NCBI GenBank assembly: GCA_050485685.1
Contig: JBJHBW010000015.1
Span: 7,733 to 71,732, forward strand
Direction: 5' to 3'
From: Gammaproteobacteria bacterium
Lineage (GTDB): Bacteria; Pseudomonadota; Gammaproteobacteria; Steroidobacterales; Rariloculaceae
Length of the DNA: 64,000 bases
Shown: positions 61,291-64,000 of the stretch, piece after piece
How the letters are laid out: each line of letters starts with the position of its first letter
How positions within the stretch are numbered: the first letter of the stretch is position 1
Translations under genes and position numbers: made by a program
Notes under the pieces: model-generated
The model's database searches: none
The model's input: only the letters and a program-made list of their open reading frames with translations
What the model was told of the DNA's origin: nothing

Positions 61291-62193
61291 CTATCCCGCG
61301 TTCGCGAGCGACAGCCCGGAATTCCGGCTCAACGCCTCCGCTACGGTCACATTGTCAATAAGACGCGCCCTGCCCAGCCACGCCGCTGCCAGCACCACCA
61401 GATCTACGCCCCGATCTCCGGTCTGCGGTCTGAGCAGATCGCTGCCGCGTCTCGCCTCAACATAGTCAGGTTCGAAGCCCGCGCTACGCAGCGTCAGCAC
61501 CGCCCGCGCACACGCTTCGAGGTGGTCTTCGCCTCGCGCAATGGCTTCTGCCGCCTGCATCAGCGATGCGTGTAACACAGGCGCAGACGCGCGCTCCTCG
61601 GGCGACAGATAACGGTTGCGTGAACTCATCGCAAGACCGTCGGCTTCACGTCGGATCGCACCCGCCACGATACGCACCGGAAAGCGCAGATCGGCAACCA
61701 TGCGCTCGATCAGTTTCAGCTGCTGAAAGTCCTTGCGACCAAGCACCATGACGTCCGGAGTGGCGATGTTAAGCAGGCGACTGACGACGCTCCCCACACC
61801 ATCGAAATGTCCATGCCGACTGGCGCCACAGAGTTCTCGCGCCAGTGCCGGCATGACGACACGCACCGCATCCTCGGTGCCGAAGGGATAGATTTCGCTC
61901 TCATCCGGCGCGAAAAGCGCGTCGACGACGCCGGACTCGGTCGCCTGCTGATGATCCTGCTCGAGTGTGCGGGGATAAGCGCCGAAGTCCTCGCCGGCCC
62001 CAAACTGGGTCCGGTTGACGAATATCGTCATCAGCACGCGGTCAGCCTCACCGCGAGCCAGCCGTGCGAGACTGATGTGCCCGGCGTGCAGATTTCCCAT
62101 GGTGGGCACAAGCGCTACCGTCCGGCCGGCCTTGCGCCACCCTGCTACCAATGCGCGTACGTCCTGTACGTTGCGAACGATGTCCGCCAGCAT
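61291..62193 (-). CDS. panC: Pantoate-beta-alanine ligase
   Basis: PTMGNLHAGH, GHFDGV, GRKDFQQ, GLAMSSRN, RLIDN. Confidence 0.97.
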   Translation of the reverse strand: MLADIVRNVQDVRALVAGWRKAGRTVALVPTMGNLHAGHISLARLARGEADRVLMTIFVNRTQFGAGEDFGAYPRTLEQDHQQATESGVVDALFAPDESEIYPFGTEDAVRVVMPALARELCGASRHGHFDGVGSVVSRLLNIATPDVMVLGRKDFQQLKLIERMVADLRFPVRIVAGAIRREADGLAMSSRNRYLSPEERASAPVLHASLMQAAEAIARGEDHLEACARAVLTLRSAGFEPDYVEARRGSDLLRPQTGDRGVDLVVLAAAWLGRARLIDNVTVAEALSRNSGLSLANAG

Positions 62194-62233
62194 GGCCGTC
62201 CCCGATATCCCTGCAATTTCAGGCGCGATTGTA

Positions 62234-63064
62234 TCAGGAGAAGCAGTGCTCCCCGGCCGGATAACTGCGGCTCTTCACTGCCTGAACATAGGCACGGACG
62301 CCGTCCAGCGGTGAGTCCAGGCCTGTCATGAAATTCCTGACGAACCGGGGCGTGCGCCCCTGGGTGATGCCGAGCATGTCGTACAGCACCAGAATCTGGC
62401 CGTCCACATCAGGACCGGCACCAATGCCGATGACTGGAATCTGCAGCGCCTGCGTAATCGTGCGCCCGACTTCGTTAGGCACGCATTCCAAGAGCACCAC
62501 GTCGGCACCGGCGTTCTCCAGAGCCTGCGCATCCCTGGCCATGTTTTCCGCGACCTGACGTTCACGGCCCTGCACCTTGAAGCCACCGATCTTGTGCACA
62601 GACTGAGGTTTGAGGCCAAGGTGAGCGCACACGGGTATGTCGTGCCGGGCGAGATACTCCACGACCTCGACCTGCCCCTGCCCGCTTTCCAGTTTCACCA
62701 TCATGGCACCGCCTTCCTGCATCAGGCGTACCGCGTTATCCAGCGCCTGCACCGGTGTCGTGTAGCTCATGAACGGCATGTCGGCGACAAGGAACGCGCG
62801 CCGAAGTCCCCTGGCCACAATACGCGTGTGATAGATCACATCTTCGACCGTTACCGGCACCGTGGTGTCGTGACCCTGTATCACCATGCCCAGCGAGTCA
62901 CCGACAAGTACAACATCCGTTCCGGCCATGTCCACCAGCTGCGCAAAGCTTGCGTCGTAAGCGGTCAGACACGCGACCGGTTCCCGGGTCTCCTTCATCT
63001 CACGCAACGTGGACACGTTCACAGGCGGAGATTCCATGTCGCGCTGTTGCAGCTGTTTGTACAT
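62234..63064 (-). CDS. panB: 3-methyl-2-oxobutanoate hydroxymethyltransferase
   Basis: LTAYD, VGDSLGM, DMPFMSY, GIGAG, DGQILV. Confidence 0.97.
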   Translation of the reverse strand: MYKQLQQRDMESPPVNVSTLREMKETREPVACLTAYDASFAQLVDMAGTDVVLVGDSLGMVIQGHDTTVPVTVEDVIYHTRIVARGLRRAFLVADMPFMSYTTPVQALDNAVRLMQEGGAMMVKLESGQGQVEVVEYLARHDIPVCAHLGLKPQSVHKIGGFKVQGRERQVAENMARDAQALENAGADVVLLECVPNEVGRTITQALQIPVIGIGAGPDVDGQILVLYDMLGITQGRTPRFVRNFMTGLDSPLDGVRAYVQAVKSRSYPAGEHCFS

Positions 63065-63084
63065 GGCGGTACCTCGTCGCGCCC

Positions 63085-63858
63085 TCAGGCGAAGCTGCCG
63101 ATGGCAGGATTGAAGAAATGCCGACCGTGTCGGACCTTCTGAATAGTAGCGAGCAGTTCCTGATAATCCGACTCCCGGTGAATCGGATCTATGGAGGCCG
63201 CGTTGACGATCAGCAACGGGGCCGCATCGAACTCGTGAAAGAAGCGCGCATAGGCCTCCCCAAGTCGCTCCAGGTATGAAACATCGATCTGCTGCTCATA
63301 GCCTATCCCGCGCGAAGTGATCCTCCGCATCAGCACCGGAGCCGGTGCCTGAAGATAAATGACCAGATCGGGAACCGGTGCAGTCATTGCCAGCGTTGCC
63401 GCGACCTGCTCGTACAGGCCAAGCTCGTTCCGGTCCAGTGTCAGTTCAGCGAACAGCCGATCCTTCTCGAGCATGAAGTCTGCGACACGCACCGGCGTGA
63501 ACATGTCGGTCTGGTTCAGTCGCTCGATCTGGCGCGCACGCTGAAGCAGGAAATACAGCTGCGCCGGCAACGCGGCGTGCCCGGGATTGCGATAGAACCG
63601 CTCAAGAAACGGGTTCTGCTCCGCTTCCTCCAGTATCAGCTCGCTCTCGAATGTCATAGCCAGGCGTCGTGCCAGACTGGTTTTGCCGACGCCTATCGGT
63701 CCTTCGACAACGATATAACGGGGACCTTCCAGTGGCGTGACACCACCTGTGGCCTTGTCCGTCACCGTGGCAGCACGCCCATCGTTGCCGTCCCGCGATG
63801 CCCGCGCCTTTTTTTTACCGCCTCCCGGCTCATCCTGGCTGGAGCGATCGACGTTCAT
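63085..63858 (-). CDS. Deoxynucleoside kinase family protein
   Basis: VEGPIGVGKT, NPFLERFY, QLYFLLQR, PDLVIYLQA. Confidence 0.92.
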   Translation of the reverse strand: MNVDRSSQDEPGGGKKKARASRDGNDGRAATVTDKATGGVTPLEGPRYIVVEGPIGVGKTSLARRLAMTFESELILEEAEQNPFLERFYRNPGHAALPAQLYFLLQRARQIERLNQTDMFTPVRVADFMLEKDRLFAELTLDRNELGLYEQVAATLAMTAPVPDLVIYLQAPAPVLMRRITSRGIGYEQQIDVSYLERLGEAYARFFHEFDAAPLLIVNAASIDPIHRESDYQELLATIQKVRHGRHFFNPAIGSFA

Positions 63859-64000
63859 TCCCGGGGATCTCCCTGAGAATCCGGACGCCGACCTGCCCGG
63901 CCGCCACGTCTTGGCCGCCTGCGGCGGCGCCCGTTGCCGGTACGTCCAAGCTCGAAGGCATCACGCTGCTCGTTCGGACTCAGCGTCTGCACCTCGGTCC
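63855..64000 (-). CDS. pcnB: Probable C-terminus of poly(A) polymerase I (partial, runs off window)
   Basis: Frame reads TEVQTLSPNEQRDAFELGRTGNGRRRRRPRRGGRAGRR..*. The Arg-rich tail is typical of PcnB; stop overlaps the dNK ATG (ATGA); canonical locus upstream of dNK-panB. Confidence 0.6.
   Translation of the reverse strand, partial: TEVQTLSPNEQRDAFELGRTGNGRRRRRPRRGGRAGRRPDSQGDPRE

Overview
GC-rich chromosomal DNA from a gammaproteobacterium (gene order resembles Steroidobacterales/Woeseiales/Chromatiales-type lineages; this placement is inference), mostly housekeeping genes. In order: partial prc; orn, rsgA, a HIT protein, recR-ybaB-dnaX, SRP RNA and tRNA-Ser(GGA); a small accessory block (lipoprotein DsbA, ExeA-like ATPase, membrane protein, GGDEF protein); dapA/gcvR/bcp/bepA; an Rrf2-sufBCDSU-sufT-sixA operon; hslR, sppA and a TatT-type TRAP (TPAT) transporter directly downstream of rpsP-rimM-trmD-rplS; ffh, a CNNM/CorC-family gene and radA; a stand-alone Ser/Thr kinase-PP2C phosphatase-double-FHA module; dnaB, rplI, rpsR, rpsF, rlmB, rnr and tRNA-Leu(CAG); a second accessory block (tandem NTF2-like lipoprotein gene split by an in-frame TAG, ABC exporter, small acidic protein, NUDIX); purA, DUF2065, hflX, hfq, miaA, mutL, amidase, tsaE, nnr, queG, panC, panB, a deoxynucleoside kinase and the probable 3' end of pcnB. 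I saw no integrase, transposase, CRISPR array or rRNA. The most notable items are the orphan kinase/phosphatase/FHA triad, the amber-interrupted NTF2 gene, the TPAT transporter fused to a ribosomal operon, and several clean absences from normally conserved operons (hflKC, folK, panD, ypjD, alr). All family assignments come from motif recognition and gene context, not from database searches.
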